From the NCBI GenBank assembly GCA_017446265.1, contig JAFSRD010000037.1:263-64262 (forward strand): a DNA stretch of 64,000 bases, written 5' to 3'. Under the pieces are notes generated by a model. It worked only from the letters and a program-made list of their open reading frames with translations. It was not told the origin of the DNA and did no database searches. The position numbers and the translations under genes were made by a program. Positions 7,801-17,684 of the stretch are shown here, piece by piece. Each line of letters starts with the position of its first letter. Within the stretch, counting starts at the first letter, position 1. Source of the DNA: Treponema sp. (GTDB lineage: Bacteria > Spirochaetota > Spirochaetia > Treponematales > Treponemataceae).

Positions 7801-8030
7801 AAAAACGAAAAACTAATCATAAACTTTTTTGTAGCGTTTAACTCAGGCTCCCAACAATGGGTACAATTTGTTATTTCTTTGTCGTTTTTGAATTTGCATT
7901 TTATCTTCTTCCATAATTCTGTATCGATGAGCGGGTGTAATACATCTCGAATTTTATCTCTGCCACCATCTCCAACATAGCAACATGTCTTTAGATATAT
8001 GGTTGCCTCGAAGATTGTGAGTGCGGTCAT
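7752..8030 (-). CDS. small Cys-containing hypothetical ORF
   Basis: 92-aa ORF (..KTCCYVGDGGRDKIRD..CTHCWEP..) with no recognisable family. It may be a fragment. Confidence 0.3.
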   Translation of the reverse strand: MTALTIFEATIYLKTCCYVGDGGRDKIRDVLHPLIDTELWKKIKCKFKNDKEITNCTHCWEPELNATKKFMISFSFFYHSFTNPNLNPRDVE

Positions 8031-8090
8031 TGCAGTTGCATATCAGTACTCATTTAGAATATATTGTGCGATCAATAATGACTGTCCGCA

Positions 8091-9035
8091 TTATGATTCG
8101 CTTCTTGCTTGAATTGATGTAGCGTATTCTGTAGGCGACATGCCGCTTTCCTTTTTAAAGCTACGTGAAAAATAATGGATCGATGAGTAGCCGAAATGCG
8201 ATGCAAGTTCCGTCATGTTCATGCTTGAATTTCGTATTTCTGCTTTTATTTCTTCAACTCTCATGCGAGAAAAGTATTTCATGGGACCGCAATGAAATCG
8301 CTTTGCAAAAATTGCTTTTAACAAGTCGTAACTTACATGGAGCTCATTGCACAATTTGCTTGCATGCATTGGGAAACGTATATTTTTAGAAAAATAACTG
8401 AGCGCATGTTCAATAATTTTATTTTCATATGAAGCTCTCGTATATGAGCTTATACGTTCTTGCTTATGGAACGATATGCCTGCATTGTACCTCTGGTAGA
8501 GTGAAAGCAAAAGCAGTTCTAAATTTAACAATATTAATTGACCTGCCCATGATGCACTGTATTTACGGGCTGTCATGCGTGTTATATATGGGTCGTCAAG
8601 TGGCGTCACGAATGCATCGCGTGCATATGCAATAATTTGGGAAAGGAGCATTTGCTCTTTGTCGGTAAACGAAAGCGTTTTGTTTCTAAAGAAATCCATT
8701 GCCGATGAATTGCATACAAATGAAATGACAATGACGTTTGGCGATGTTTTTCCATTTGCTTTTAAACTGTGAAATTCGTTCGGTTGATGGAATTGTATTT
8801 CTCCGCGCTTTAAAACGCGCCACTGCGCTCCATTAAATATGTCAACTTCACCTTTATCAACGCATACAAGTTCCCAAAAATTGTGCTTTTCTCCGGCAAA
8901 ACTAAATGTGCTTTTGTATTCAAAATAGTGCACTGTCATTATCGATTCTACAGAGATAAATTTCTCAGGGTAGAACGGTACAAAATGTATTGCGCCTTGT
9001 GCTGCTTTCTTTTCGTACAGACGACTCTTTTTCAT
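8091..9035 (-). CDS. AraC-family transcriptional regulator
   Basis: Cupin-like N-terminus plus a C-terminal double HTH (..MTELASHFGYSSIHYFSRSFKKESGMSPTEY..). Divergent from the ABC operon. Confidence 0.9.
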   Translation of the reverse strand: MKKSRLYEKKAAQGAIHFVPFYPEKFISVESIMTVHYFEYKSTFSFAGEKHNFWELVCVDKGEVDIFNGAQWRVLKRGEIQFHQPNEFHSLKANGKTSPNVIVISFVCNSSAMDFFRNKTLSFTDKEQMLLSQIIAYARDAFVTPLDDPYITRMTARKYSASWAGQLILLNLELLLLSLYQRYNAGISFHKQERISSYTRASYENKIIEHALSYFSKNIRFPMHASKLCNELHVSYDLLKAIFAKRFHCGPMKYFSRMRVEEIKAEIRNSSMNMTELASHFGYSSIHYFSRSFKKESGMSPTEYATSIQARSES

Positions 9036-9143
9036 GCTGTAAGTATAGTATATTTTTCCTAAAATGACAAATTTTATACCGTTTTGTGCAAATACAGCCT
9101 AAAATTCTCGTGTTACACTATTATTATGAATAGGAGGCTATTT

Positions 9144-10367
9144 ATGAAAAAGATGTTATCATTGCTGTTTATTGCTGCATTTTTTATCAGTTGTGGCAAT
9201 AAAAGCAGTTCTAAAGTGGTGTATTGGTCAATGTGGAACGAGGCAGAACCGCAAGGGCAGGTGATTGCGCGAGCGGCAGATGCGTTCACTAAACAAACTG
9301 GTATTGAAATTGAAGTGAACTTCAACGGGCGCGACATCCGCAAAACGCTTCAGCCTGCACTCGATGCAGGAGAAGCAATTGATTTATTTGACGAAGATAT
9401 TGAACGTGTGGCAGTTACGTGGGGAAATTATCTTTTGCCGCTTGATTCTTATCTTGAAAAAACGTATTCAACAACCGGCGGCAGTGCGTACAAAGATTGT
9501 ATCAACAGCATGCTGCTTGAAGTTGTGCGCGAGTTGAGCGGGGGCACAGTAAAAAACATTCCGTATCAGCCATCTACGTTCGTCACCTTGTATAATAAAG
9601 ATTTATTTGAAAAAGCAGGTGTTGCATCTGTGCCGACAAATTGGAATGAGATGCTTGATGTGTGCGCAAAACTCAAAGCAATAGGTGTATATGGCATTAC
9701 GGTAGATGATGCATACATGGCAGCCCTTTTCGGCTACTGCATGGATCGTCTTGTAGGCATTGACGCTACGCTTGACATGGTAGAAAATAACGATTTTTCA
9801 GGTGCGCATGTGTTGGAATTTGGCCGTATTTGGGAAGATATGGCAAAAAAAGGCTACATTATTCCTAAAGCTGCATCGAACATTTTTCCAGCGGGACAAA
9901 TTGAGGATATCGCATCAGGAAAAGCTGCCATGTATTTGAACGGTACATGGCTTCCAAATGAAATCAAAGGCAATGCGCCTAATATGAATTGGGGACAATT
10001 TGCATGGCCGGCAATGTCTGAAAATGGCGACGGCATTTCTTATAATAATTTTGGTGCGCAGAGTTTTGCTATTAATAAAAATTCAAAGCACGCTGATGAG
10101 GCGTTCCAGTTTATTGTATTTATGACAACAGGCGAATGGGATGAAGCGCTTGCAACAGAGAGTCTCGGCATTCCTATGGGAAATGATTCTGCGTGGCCGC
10201 ATCAGCTTCAAGACGCAAAAGCTATTGTAGCTTCGACTACGTATCGTTTGCCGTGGGCAGTTGGTATGGAAAATAATCCTGACATCAATGCAAAAATTAA
10301 ACAGAATTTTTCGAAGCTCATTGTAGGCGATTTTACCGCAGAGCAGTTTGCGGCGGCAATGAAATAA
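9144..10367 (+). CDS. ABC transporter (CUT1) extracellular sugar-binding lipoprotein
   Basis: ATG 7 nt after AGGAGG. Signal peptide with lipobox (LLFIAAFFISC). Family-1 solute-binding protein features. Confidence 0.9.
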   Translation: MKKMLSLLFIAAFFISCGNKSSSKVVYWSMWNEAEPQGQVIARAADAFTKQTGIEIEVNFNGRDIRKTLQPALDAGEAIDLFDEDIERVAVTWGNYLLPLDSYLEKTYSTTGGSAYKDCINSMLLEVVRELSGGTVKNIPYQPSTFVTLYNKDLFEKAGVASVPTNWNEMLDVCAKLKAIGVYGITVDDAYMAALFGYCMDRLVGIDATLDMVENNDFSGAHVLEFGRIWEDMAKKGYIIPKAASNIFPAGQIEDIASGKAAMYLNGTWLPNEIKGNAPNMNWGQFAWPAMSENGDGISYNNFGAQSFAINKNSKHADEAFQFIVFMTTGEWDEALATESLGIPMGNDSAWPHQLQDAKAIVASTTYRLPWAVGMENNPDINAKIKQNFSKLIVGDFTAEQFAAAMK

Positions 10368-10418
10368 TTTCAAAGCAACCTGTTCTGAAACTGATGTTTC
10401 CGAACAGGTTTGATAATT
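10365..10418 (+). repeat. REP-like palindromic element, copy 1 (core 10379-10408)
   Basis: taatttcaaagcaaCCTGTTCtgaaactgatgtttccGAACAGGtttgataatt. The leading TAA is the stop codon of the binding-protein gene. Confidence 0.85.
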
Positions 10419-10474
10419 GCATTATTAGGGGGCTGTTTGATTTTAAGCAGCCCTAATTTATGCGGTGTGTGCAT

Positions 10475-11386
10475 ATGTTAAAAAAAAATAAAACGATGAT
10501 TGTTGTGTTTTTGTTGCCTGCGGTTTTCTGCTATGCGGTATTTTTTTTATATCCTACTGTCAGAACGTTTGTAATGAGTTTTTTTCGCATTGAAAGCATT
10601 TCTGACCCGTTGGCAAAATGGCGTTTTTACGGTTTTGGCAATTATAAAAAATTATTTATGACGCCCATTTTTAGAAAATCTATGCTTAACATTTTGCGCA
10701 TTTGGATTGTGGGCGGTGCGGGTACTATGACAATGGCTTTGCTGTTTGCAACAGTTTTATCAAGCGGTATGCACGGCAAAAGATTTTTTCGCAGCGTAAT
10801 TTATTTGCCAAATGTGGTGAGTGCTGTTGCCATGGGCACTATGTGGATTAACTATGTATATAATTCCGACTATGGATTGCTTCATACTATATTTCAGGCA
10901 TGCGGACTTACTGAGGCAGCGGGCACGTTGTGGACAGGCCCCGGCAGGCTTTTTTGGAGCATGTTGACGGCATACTGTTTCGGCATGGTTGGCTACCATA
11001 TGCTTATTTTTATGAGCGGCATTGAAAACATTCCGCGTGACTGCTACGAAGCCGCGCTCCTCGACGGATGCAATGGCGCGCAGCGTTTTATTCATATTAC
11101 GCTGCCATTTTTACGTGGCGTTACGCGGACGAATATCGTCATGTGGACGGTATACACTGTTGGCTTTTTTGTGTGGGGGCAGTTGTTCAGTCCTGTAAAT
11201 CTTTCAAATGACACAGTTGCGCCGATGAATTACATGTACGAGCTTGTGTTTGGTGCGTCAAGCTCGGCAAATGTGACACGGGATACAGGAGCTGGCGCTG
11301 CGATAGGCATTATTATGATGTTGGTAGTTGTCGTTGTCTTCTTTTCTACGAATTTGCTCGTCAGAAATGATGACACCGAAATATGA
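10475..11386 (+). CDS. ABC sugar transporter permease
   Basis: Multi-TM protein with an EAA loop (IENIPRDCYEAALLDGCNGAQRF). An alternative ATG lies at 10460. Confidence 0.9.
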   Translation: MLKKNKTMIVVFLLPAVFCYAVFFLYPTVRTFVMSFFRIESISDPLAKWRFYGFGNYKKLFMTPIFRKSMLNILRIWIVGGAGTMTMALLFATVLSSGMHGKRFFRSVIYLPNVVSAVAMGTMWINYVYNSDYGLLHTIFQACGLTEAAGTLWTGPGRLFWSMLTAYCFGMVGYHMLIFMSGIENIPRDCYEAALLDGCNGAQRFIHITLPFLRGVTRTNIVMWTVYTVGFFVWGQLFSPVNLSNDTVAPMNYMYELVFGASSSANVTRDTGAGAAIGIIMMLVVVVVFFSTNLLVRNDDTEI

Positions 11387-11401
11387 TGCAAGGAATTGCG
11401 T

Positions 11402-12274
11402 ATGGCTTTTGATGAAATGAAGAATGCAGGTACTTCTTTGTGGTGGAGGCGCATGGTGCGCAGCGCCGGGTATGCGCTGCTCATAACGTGGACGGTGTTC
11501 ACGTTTTTATTAATCGGTTGGGTTGTAATTGCGTCATTTTCTACGTCACAAGAGATTTTTTCTGACCATATGTTCAAATTTGAAAGCGGCTTTCATTTTG
11601 ATAATTACGTAAAAGCATGGAACACGCAGCGCGTTTCAGTATTTTTTATGAATTCGCTTTTGTATACTACAATAGCATGTACAGCTCTCGTACTGATTTC
11701 AGCTCCGGCGGCATATGTGCTTGCTCGTTTTAAATTTAAAAGCAACGCATTTTTGCAAAACATGTTTGCAGCAGGATTGGGCATTCCGTTGATAATGGTA
11801 ATCATGCCGCTGTTCGGCCTTGTGTCGCGCATGCATCTTACAAATAATCGTTTTTTAATAATATTTTTATATACGGCGATGAACATTCCTTTTGGCGTGT
11901 TTTACCTCTCCGCTTTTTTTAGAAATTTAAGTCCTACATATGAAGAAGCGGCTGCGATTGATGGCTGCCCTCCCATGAAAACATTTTGGAAAATCATGTT
12001 TCCGCTTGTGCAGCCGGGCATTGTCACGATGAGCGTTTTCAATTTCATAACGGTGTGGAATGAGTATTTTATGTCGCTTATTTTTGCAAACAGAACGCAA
12101 GTGCGTCCAGTTGCCGTTGGTTTATACAATATGATTCAAGCTATGCGTTACACGGGTGATTGGGGCGGAATGTTTGCGAGTGTTGTCATAGTGTTTTTGC
12201 CTACATTCATTTTGTATTTATTTCTTTCGGAAAAAGTAATTGCCGGCGTTACAAGTGGAGCAATCAAAGGGTAA
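11402..12274 (+). CDS. ABC sugar transporter permease
   Basis: ATG 6 nt after AAGGAA. EAA loop (TYEEAAAIDGCPPMKTFWKIMFP). Confidence 0.9.
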   Translation: MAFDEMKNAGTSLWWRRMVRSAGYALLITWTVFTFLLIGWVVIASFSTSQEIFSDHMFKFESGFHFDNYVKAWNTQRVSVFFMNSLLYTTIACTALVLISAPAAYVLARFKFKSNAFLQNMFAAGLGIPLIMVIMPLFGLVSRMHLTNNRFLIIFLYTAMNIPFGVFYLSAFFRNLSPTYEEAAAIDGCPPMKTFWKIMFPLVQPGIVTMSVFNFITVWNEYFMSLIFANRTQVRPVAVGLYNMIQAMRYTGDWGGMFASVVIVFLPTFILYLFLSEKVIAGVTSGAIKG

Positions 12275-12326
12275 TGATTAAACAGGTCTATTATTACTTT
12301 TCACGAAGAGTATGGGAGTTGTTTGT

Positions 12327-14372
12327 ATGATATATGCAGCTTCTGAAAAAATAAAAGCAGCTCATCTCAATGGAGAAAATCCGCTTCCGCATTTTCGCGA
12401 CAAGCGTCATCATAAAGATGTGCGCTTTTATGACGGTACGCCGCCATTTTGTTTTGCAGGTGCAGGATATGAGACTGCAACCCGCATTCTTCCATATGCT
12501 GTGCAGGACAGGTACACTCGCCGTCGTGTTGAAAGCGATGTGCGCACAATTGTCATCGAAAACGAATTTATTAAAGCGACTTTTTTACCTGACTGGGGCG
12601 GCAGGCTTTGGTCGCTTTATCAAAAAACAGAAAAGCGTGAACTTTTGTATAAGAATGATGTGCTGCAGCCAGCTAATCTTGCAATCCGCAACGCGTGGTT
12701 TTCAGGCGGTATTGAATGGAACATAGGACAGTACGGTCATGCATTCACCACGTGCTCACCAGTAAGTTTTGCAAAAATGGTTGCGGACAGCGGCGAGGAA
12801 TTTTTGCGCATGTTCAGCTATGAGCGGTGCAAAGACTTTTTCTGGCAAATTGATTTTTACCTGCCGCCCGCATCAGCAGTTTTATATGCGCATCCAGTTA
12901 TTTTTAATATACATGATTCAGCCATACCTCTGTATTATTGGACAAATATTGCGGTGCCGCAGACGGCATTCACGCGTGTATTTGCCGCTTCTGAGTATGC
13001 GCTTTTTACTGACCCGAATGTGTGCGAAGGCGATGCACTGCTTGGCTATGCGCAGCTTCCGGAGCTGCCAATTGCACCTGGCGTTGACTTTTCATATCCT
13101 TCGCGCGCTCCGTTTTCAAGCGAATATTTTTTCAACTGTACGAATACTGCGCATCCATGGGAAGCTGCGCTTGAACAAGACGGAAGCGGTTTGTTCGATG
13201 TGTCTACTGCTCCTCTCGCGTTTCGTAAAATGTTTTGCTGGGGAAATTGCAGCGGCGGCAGGCATTGGGGCAGTTTTCTTGCAGGAAAGTGTGAAACGCA
13301 TTTTCCCGCTGAACGCGATGATGCGCAAGACGCGCAATGTTGCTATCTTGAAATTCAAGCGGGGATAGCGCAGACGCAGTTGCACGGGCTTGACATGCCG
13401 CCGCACTCGCGCTGGGAATGGACACAGGCATTCGGACTGCTTCATGCAAAGAGTGACGATGTTGTGCAAAGCGACTGGAGGCGTGCGCGGCAGGCAGTGG
13501 AAGTGCGCGTTCGGGAAACATTGGATTGTGCGTTGCTTGAAAAAATTGACAAATTGTGCGCGCGAAATGCAGATGCGCAAACATCGGAACTTTTATGCAA
13601 TGCAGATGAATGGGGTGCGCTTGAAAGGCAGCGGCGCAAGTTGTGCGGAGAGTGCGATGTGCCAAAGTCATTTTTCTTTGCAAGTGCCCAACCGCGCGAC
13701 AATGCCACTGCATCGCTAAAAAATCCGTGGCACGAACTTTTGTGCAGCGGTACGTTTCCCGACCGCGCGCCTGAAGAGTTGCCGCTTCCATTTATGACGG
13801 GCAATAAGTGGAAGCAGCTTCTCATAGATTCAATTGCGCGCTGCAACGCAGGGCAAGTGACGTGGTTTGCATTGTATCATTTGGGTGTAATGGAACTTGA
13901 AGAAGGCAACGATGAAGCGGCGCGCGCAGCATGGGAAAAGGCAGAATCCATTTGCAGCACTGCGTGGACGCTCAGAAATCTTGCACAACTTGCATTGCGA
14001 GAAGGAGCTGTGGAGCAAGCGCTTGAGTTGTATCGCTGCGCGCATGGTGCGCCGGGTTTTAAAACAGACAGCGCAATTGCAGAAGAATATGCGGCGCTTC
14101 TTGTGGAGCAAAAACGGTTTGAAGAGGTGCGCACATTGTACCATGCGCTTCCAGACGCTTGGCGCAAAATTGATTCACTCCTTATCGCATATGGAAAAGC
14201 CTGCGCTGCGTGCGGTGACAGCGAAAGTGCACTGCATGTGCTCTCGCATGATTTTGCAAATATCCGCGAAAAAGATTCGCCACTTGCAGAAATTTGGCAT
14301 TGCATGCGAAGCGATGCCGTGCCGTTTTGTCTTGAGTTCAGCATGAACTCATTTGGCTTGTCGCCAGCATGA
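12327..14372 (+). CDS. DUF5107-like protein with C-terminal TPR-like repeats (function unknown)
   Basis: ~680-aa ORF. The N-terminal two-thirds resembles DUF5107-type proteins as I recall them (..NAWFSGGIEWNIGQYGH..). The C-terminus is helical-repeat-like (..YHLGVMELEEGNDEAARAAWEKA..). An alternative start lies at 12312. Confidence 0.7.
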   Translation: MIYAASEKIKAAHLNGENPLPHFRDKRHHKDVRFYDGTPPFCFAGAGYETATRILPYAVQDRYTRRRVESDVRTIVIENEFIKATFLPDWGGRLWSLYQKTEKRELLYKNDVLQPANLAIRNAWFSGGIEWNIGQYGHAFTTCSPVSFAKMVADSGEEFLRMFSYERCKDFFWQIDFYLPPASAVLYAHPVIFNIHDSAIPLYYWTNIAVPQTAFTRVFAASEYALFTDPNVCEGDALLGYAQLPELPIAPGVDFSYPSRAPFSSEYFFNCTNTAHPWEAALEQDGSGLFDVSTAPLAFRKMFCWGNCSGGRHWGSFLAGKCETHFPAERDDAQDAQCCYLEIQAGIAQTQLHGLDMPPHSRWEWTQAFGLLHAKSDDVVQSDWRRARQAVEVRVRETLDCALLEKIDKLCARNADAQTSELLCNADEWGALERQRRKLCGECDVPKSFFFASAQPRDNATASLKNPWHELLCSGTFPDRAPEELPLPFMTGNKWKQLLIDSIARCNAGQVTWFALYHLGVMELEEGNDEAARAAWEKAESICSTAWTLRNLAQLALREGAVEQALELYRCAHGAPGFKTDSAIAEEYAALLVEQKRFEEVRTLYHALPDAWRKIDSLLIAYGKACAACGDSESALHVLSHDFANIREKDSPLAEIWHCMRSDAVPFCLEFSMNSFGLSPA

Positions 14373-14438
14373 GTTGCCATGCCGTTTTATAACGCATGCT
14401 GCATAGACATGTTAATAATTTGTGGAGATGTGAAACTT

Positions 14439-15548
14439 ATGACGCGAGAATCATTATGCGACACAGTGCATGATGTGTTGCAGTGTTACGATTTTGAGGG
14501 AAGCCTGGTTACGTGCGAACGGCTTGGGAACGGTCACATCAACGACACATTCCTTGCTGTTTATGATGGAGGCGTTTGTAAAAAATACACGGTGCAGCAA
14601 ATCAATACTGTCGTCTTTAAAAATCCTGACGAACTTATGGAAAATATTTTTCGCGTTACATCGTTTCTTGCTGAAAAAATTAATAAAAATAGATGTGACG
14701 GCCTTTCGGAGACAATAACAATTGTTAAAAACAAAAACGGCGAATTGTACACGCGGGGCAAAAACGGTTCGTGTTGGCGTGTTTTTACGTTTATTGATGA
14801 CGCAGTAAGTTTTGATGCTGTGCGCAACCAAGACGATTTTTATAACGCACTGTACACTTTTGGCACATTCCAATATTTGCTTGCAGATTTTCCTGCTGCG
14901 ACACTGCATGAAACAATATGTGGCTTTCATGACACGCCGCGCCGTTTTCATACTTTTGTCAATGCGGTGCAAGCAGATGCATGCAGGCGCGTTTCATCGG
15001 TTAAAACCGAGATTGATTTTTTTCTTGCTCACGAAGCAGACATGAGTGTTTATGCTGACGCATATGCGCACGGTGAACTCCCGCTTCGTGTAACGCACAA
15101 TGACGCAAAACTCAACAATGTGCTGCTTGACGCTGCTACGGAAAAAGGCGTGTGCGTTATCGATTTAGATACTGTCATGCCTGGATTTGCAGGCTTTGAC
15201 TTTGGCGACTGCATTCGCTTTGGTGCAAGTACTGGCTCAGAAGATGAAACAGATTTATCAAAAATCAGTTTTGATGAAGCGTTGTTTGAAGCAGGTGCGC
15301 GCGGTTTTATTGACGGTTGCCGTGCGTCGTTGACAGCGCGGGAATGCGAGTTGCTTCCATTCGGTGCAAAACTTATGACACTTGAAAGCGGCATGCGCTT
15401 TTTGACAGATTATCTTGAAGGCGATGTATATTTCAAGATTAACAAACAGTCGCATAACCTTGACAGATGCCGTACGCAAATCAAACTGGTGCAAGATTTT
15501 GAGCAAAAAGAAAAATCACTTTGTAAAATTATTAAAAAAATTATTTAG
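14439..15548 (+). CDS. APH-fold sugar kinase, N-acetylhexosamine 1-kinase (NahK/LnpB)-like
   Basis: LGNGHINDTF near the N-terminus and HNDAKLNNVL...DLDTVMPG (catalytic loop/DxD) fit the aminoglycoside-phosphotransferase fold and the NahK family as I recall it. Confidence 0.7.
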   Translation: MTRESLCDTVHDVLQCYDFEGSLVTCERLGNGHINDTFLAVYDGGVCKKYTVQQINTVVFKNPDELMENIFRVTSFLAEKINKNRCDGLSETITIVKNKNGELYTRGKNGSCWRVFTFIDDAVSFDAVRNQDDFYNALYTFGTFQYLLADFPAATLHETICGFHDTPRRFHTFVNAVQADACRRVSSVKTEIDFFLAHEADMSVYADAYAHGELPLRVTHNDAKLNNVLLDAATEKGVCVIDLDTVMPGFAGFDFGDCIRFGASTGSEDETDLSKISFDEALFEAGARGFIDGCRASLTARECELLPFGAKLMTLESGMRFLTDYLEGDVYFKINKQSHNLDRCRTQIKLVQDFEQKEKSLCKIIKKII

Positions 15549-15599
15549 GACATGACACGTTTGCCTGTTTGTGCTATGATGAAAAAGTATGGAGGTACC

Positions 15600-16769
15600 A
15601 TGAAGCTCTGCATACATAATGCGACTGTCCTCAACGGCATTTCCGAGATGAGCGATTGTGCTGTATTAGTTGATGGCGACAAAATTGTGGATATTTTTTC
15701 TGAAGCACGCTTTTTGCAAAAATCGTTTGGCGACAATGTGCTTTTGCTTGATGCACATGGTGCGTATGTTGCGCCCGGTCTTATAGACACGCACATACAC
15801 GGGTTTAAAGGTCACGGCACAGATGTATGCACGACGGAAGGCATTCTTCAGATGTCGGCTGACTTGGCGCAGTACGGTGTTACGGCATTCACACCGACAA
15901 TGTATCCTGCTCCTGAGCAAGCGATGATTGATTCAATAAAAGCGATTGTTCAAGCGATGGGAAAAGAAACTGGCGCAAAGATTATGGGCATTCACCTTGA
16001 AGGTCCGTTTATTTCTCCTCATAAACTCGGCGCGCAGCGTCCTGAAACAGTAAAAGAAGTTGATACAGATTTGATGGAGCGCTTGTGGGAAGCGTCAGAG
16101 GGGCACATAGTCAACATGACAGTTGCACCAGAATTAAAGGGCATGCGGCGTCTTGCGCTTTTATGCATAGAAAAAGGGATTGTGTTGCAAGCGGGGCACA
16201 CAGACGCTTCATACAGCAACATGGTGGAAGGAATGCAGGCAGGCATTTTTCATGCAACGCATTTTTTTAACGCGATGAGCCAAATGCACCACCGCAATCC
16301 CGGTGCTGTCGGAGCAGTGCTCATTCATGCAGAAATGACGTGCGAAGTGATTGCCGACGGAATCCACATTCATCCTGATTTGTTCAAGCTTTTGCAAAAA
16401 GATAAGACGAGCGATAAACTTGTGCTTGTTACAGATGCACTTTCACCGACAGAAGTATGGGCGGACAAGCCGCTTTTTGCAAATGGTGAAGAAGTTGTGT
16501 TCAAAGGCGGTTGCTTTCACCGAAAGGCTGACGATGTTATTGCAGGCTCTGCACTTACAATGATTCGCGGCGTAAAGAATCTTGTAGCGTATGGATTTCC
16601 TCCGTGCGATGCAATAAAATGCGCAGCCGCAAATCCTGCGCGTATCATGCATTTTCAAAAGAAAGGGATGCTTGTTCCAGGCTACGACAGCGACATCATC
16701 ATATTTGACAAAGATTTTGATTTGAAATTTGTCATGGTGAATGGCGTTGTTGTAAAAAATATGATATAA
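15600..16769 (+). CDS. nagA: N-acetylglucosamine-6-phosphate deacetylase
   Basis: ATG 5 nt after GGAGG. Motifs GLIDTHIHG, HLEGPFISP, QAGHTDA and ATHFFNAM. Confidence 0.92.
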   Translation: MKLCIHNATVLNGISEMSDCAVLVDGDKIVDIFSEARFLQKSFGDNVLLLDAHGAYVAPGLIDTHIHGFKGHGTDVCTTEGILQMSADLAQYGVTAFTPTMYPAPEQAMIDSIKAIVQAMGKETGAKIMGIHLEGPFISPHKLGAQRPETVKEVDTDLMERLWEASEGHIVNMTVAPELKGMRRLALLCIEKGIVLQAGHTDASYSNMVEGMQAGIFHATHFFNAMSQMHHRNPGAVGAVLIHAEMTCEVIADGIHIHPDLFKLLQKDKTSDKLVLVTDALSPTEVWADKPLFANGEEVVFKGGCFHRKADDVIAGSALTMIRGVKNLVAYGFPPCDAIKCAAANPARIMHFQKKGMLVPGYDSDIIIFDKDFDLKFVMVNGVVVKNMI

Positions 16770-16806
16770 ATACATTAGCGAATATAATTGATGAGGCGAA
16801 ACCATA

Positions 16807-17613
16807 ATGCGTGTAATTGTTAAAAATGATTATGACAGTTGTTCAAAATGGGTTGCGAAGCACATTGCGCAGCGCATCAATGAGTTCCATCCGAGCGAGA
16901 CAAAGCCATTTGTGCTTGGATTGCCTACCGGCAGCACGCCGCTCGGCACGTACGCAGAATTAATAAAACTTAACAAAACCGGCGGCGTGTCGTTTACAAA
17001 TGTCATAACGTTCAACATGGACGAATACATCGGACTTGATGCCGCCCATCCGCAAAGCTACCATTATTTTATGTTTGAGAATTTTTTCAATCACATTGAT
17101 ATAAAAAAAGAAAACATACATATCTTAAACGGGCTTGCAAAAGACAAGGAAGCAGAGTGCGTTGCATATGAAAAAGCAATTGCCGATGCAGGCGGCATCA
17201 GATTATTTTTTGGGGGCATTGGAAGTGACGGCCACATAGCGTTCAACGAGCCGGGCGAATCGTTTGCTTCTCGCACGCACATTGCATTTCTTACAAAAGA
17301 AACAATTGACGCCAATTCCCGTTTCTTTGACGGTGACATTTCAAAGGTGCCGACGCACGCGTTCAGCGTTGGCGTAGGAACTATTTGCGATTCAGACGAA
17401 GTTGTGATTATGGCAACAGGCAGAGTAAAAGCGCGTGCTGTTGCGCAAGGCATAGAGGGAACTATTTCTCACATGTGGCCGATTACCGCGTTGCAGCTTC
17501 ACAAAAATGCAGTAATTGTATGCGATGACGAAGCAAGCGAAGAGCTTAAAGTGAAAACGCTGCGATATTTTGCTGACAACGAGATACGATATGAGAAAGC
17601 TGGCGGGCGTTAG
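16807..17613 (+). CDS. nagB: glucosamine-6-phosphate deaminase
   Basis: Motifs GLPTGSTP, FNMDEYIGL and GIGSDGHIAFNEPG. Confidence 0.95.
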   Translation: MRVIVKNDYDSCSKWVAKHIAQRINEFHPSETKPFVLGLPTGSTPLGTYAELIKLNKTGGVSFTNVITFNMDEYIGLDAAHPQSYHYFMFENFFNHIDIKKENIHILNGLAKDKEAECVAYEKAIADAGGIRLFFGGIGSDGHIAFNEPGESFASRTHIAFLTKETIDANSRFFDGDISKVPTHAFSVGVGTICDSDEVVIMATGRVKARAVAQGIEGTISHMWPITALQLHKNAVIVCDDEASEELKVKTLRYFADNEIRYEKAGGR

Positions 17614-17645
17614 TATCGTATTGCTTTTTATAACAACTGCTTTGC

Positions 17646-17674
17646 TTGCAACTCCCGTTTATTTTTGTTAGAAT
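17646..17674 (+). promoter_or_regulatory. putative sigma70-type promoter (TTGCAA-17-TAGAAT)
   Basis: Hexamers at 17646-17651 and 17669-17674. The ATG at 17685 lies only 10 nt after the -10 box, implying a near-leaderless mRNA. Confidence 0.35.
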
Positions 17675-17684
17675 AGCATTTCAT

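Noticed and set aside
12367-14380. Many 100-200-aa ORFs on both strands inside the DUF5107-like gene (e.g. 12769-13368, 13204-13791, 13877-14380)
   Set aside because: They overlap a long coherent ORF in a GC-richer region, their products are Arg/Cys/Ala-rich, and they have no start signals. They are frame artefacts.
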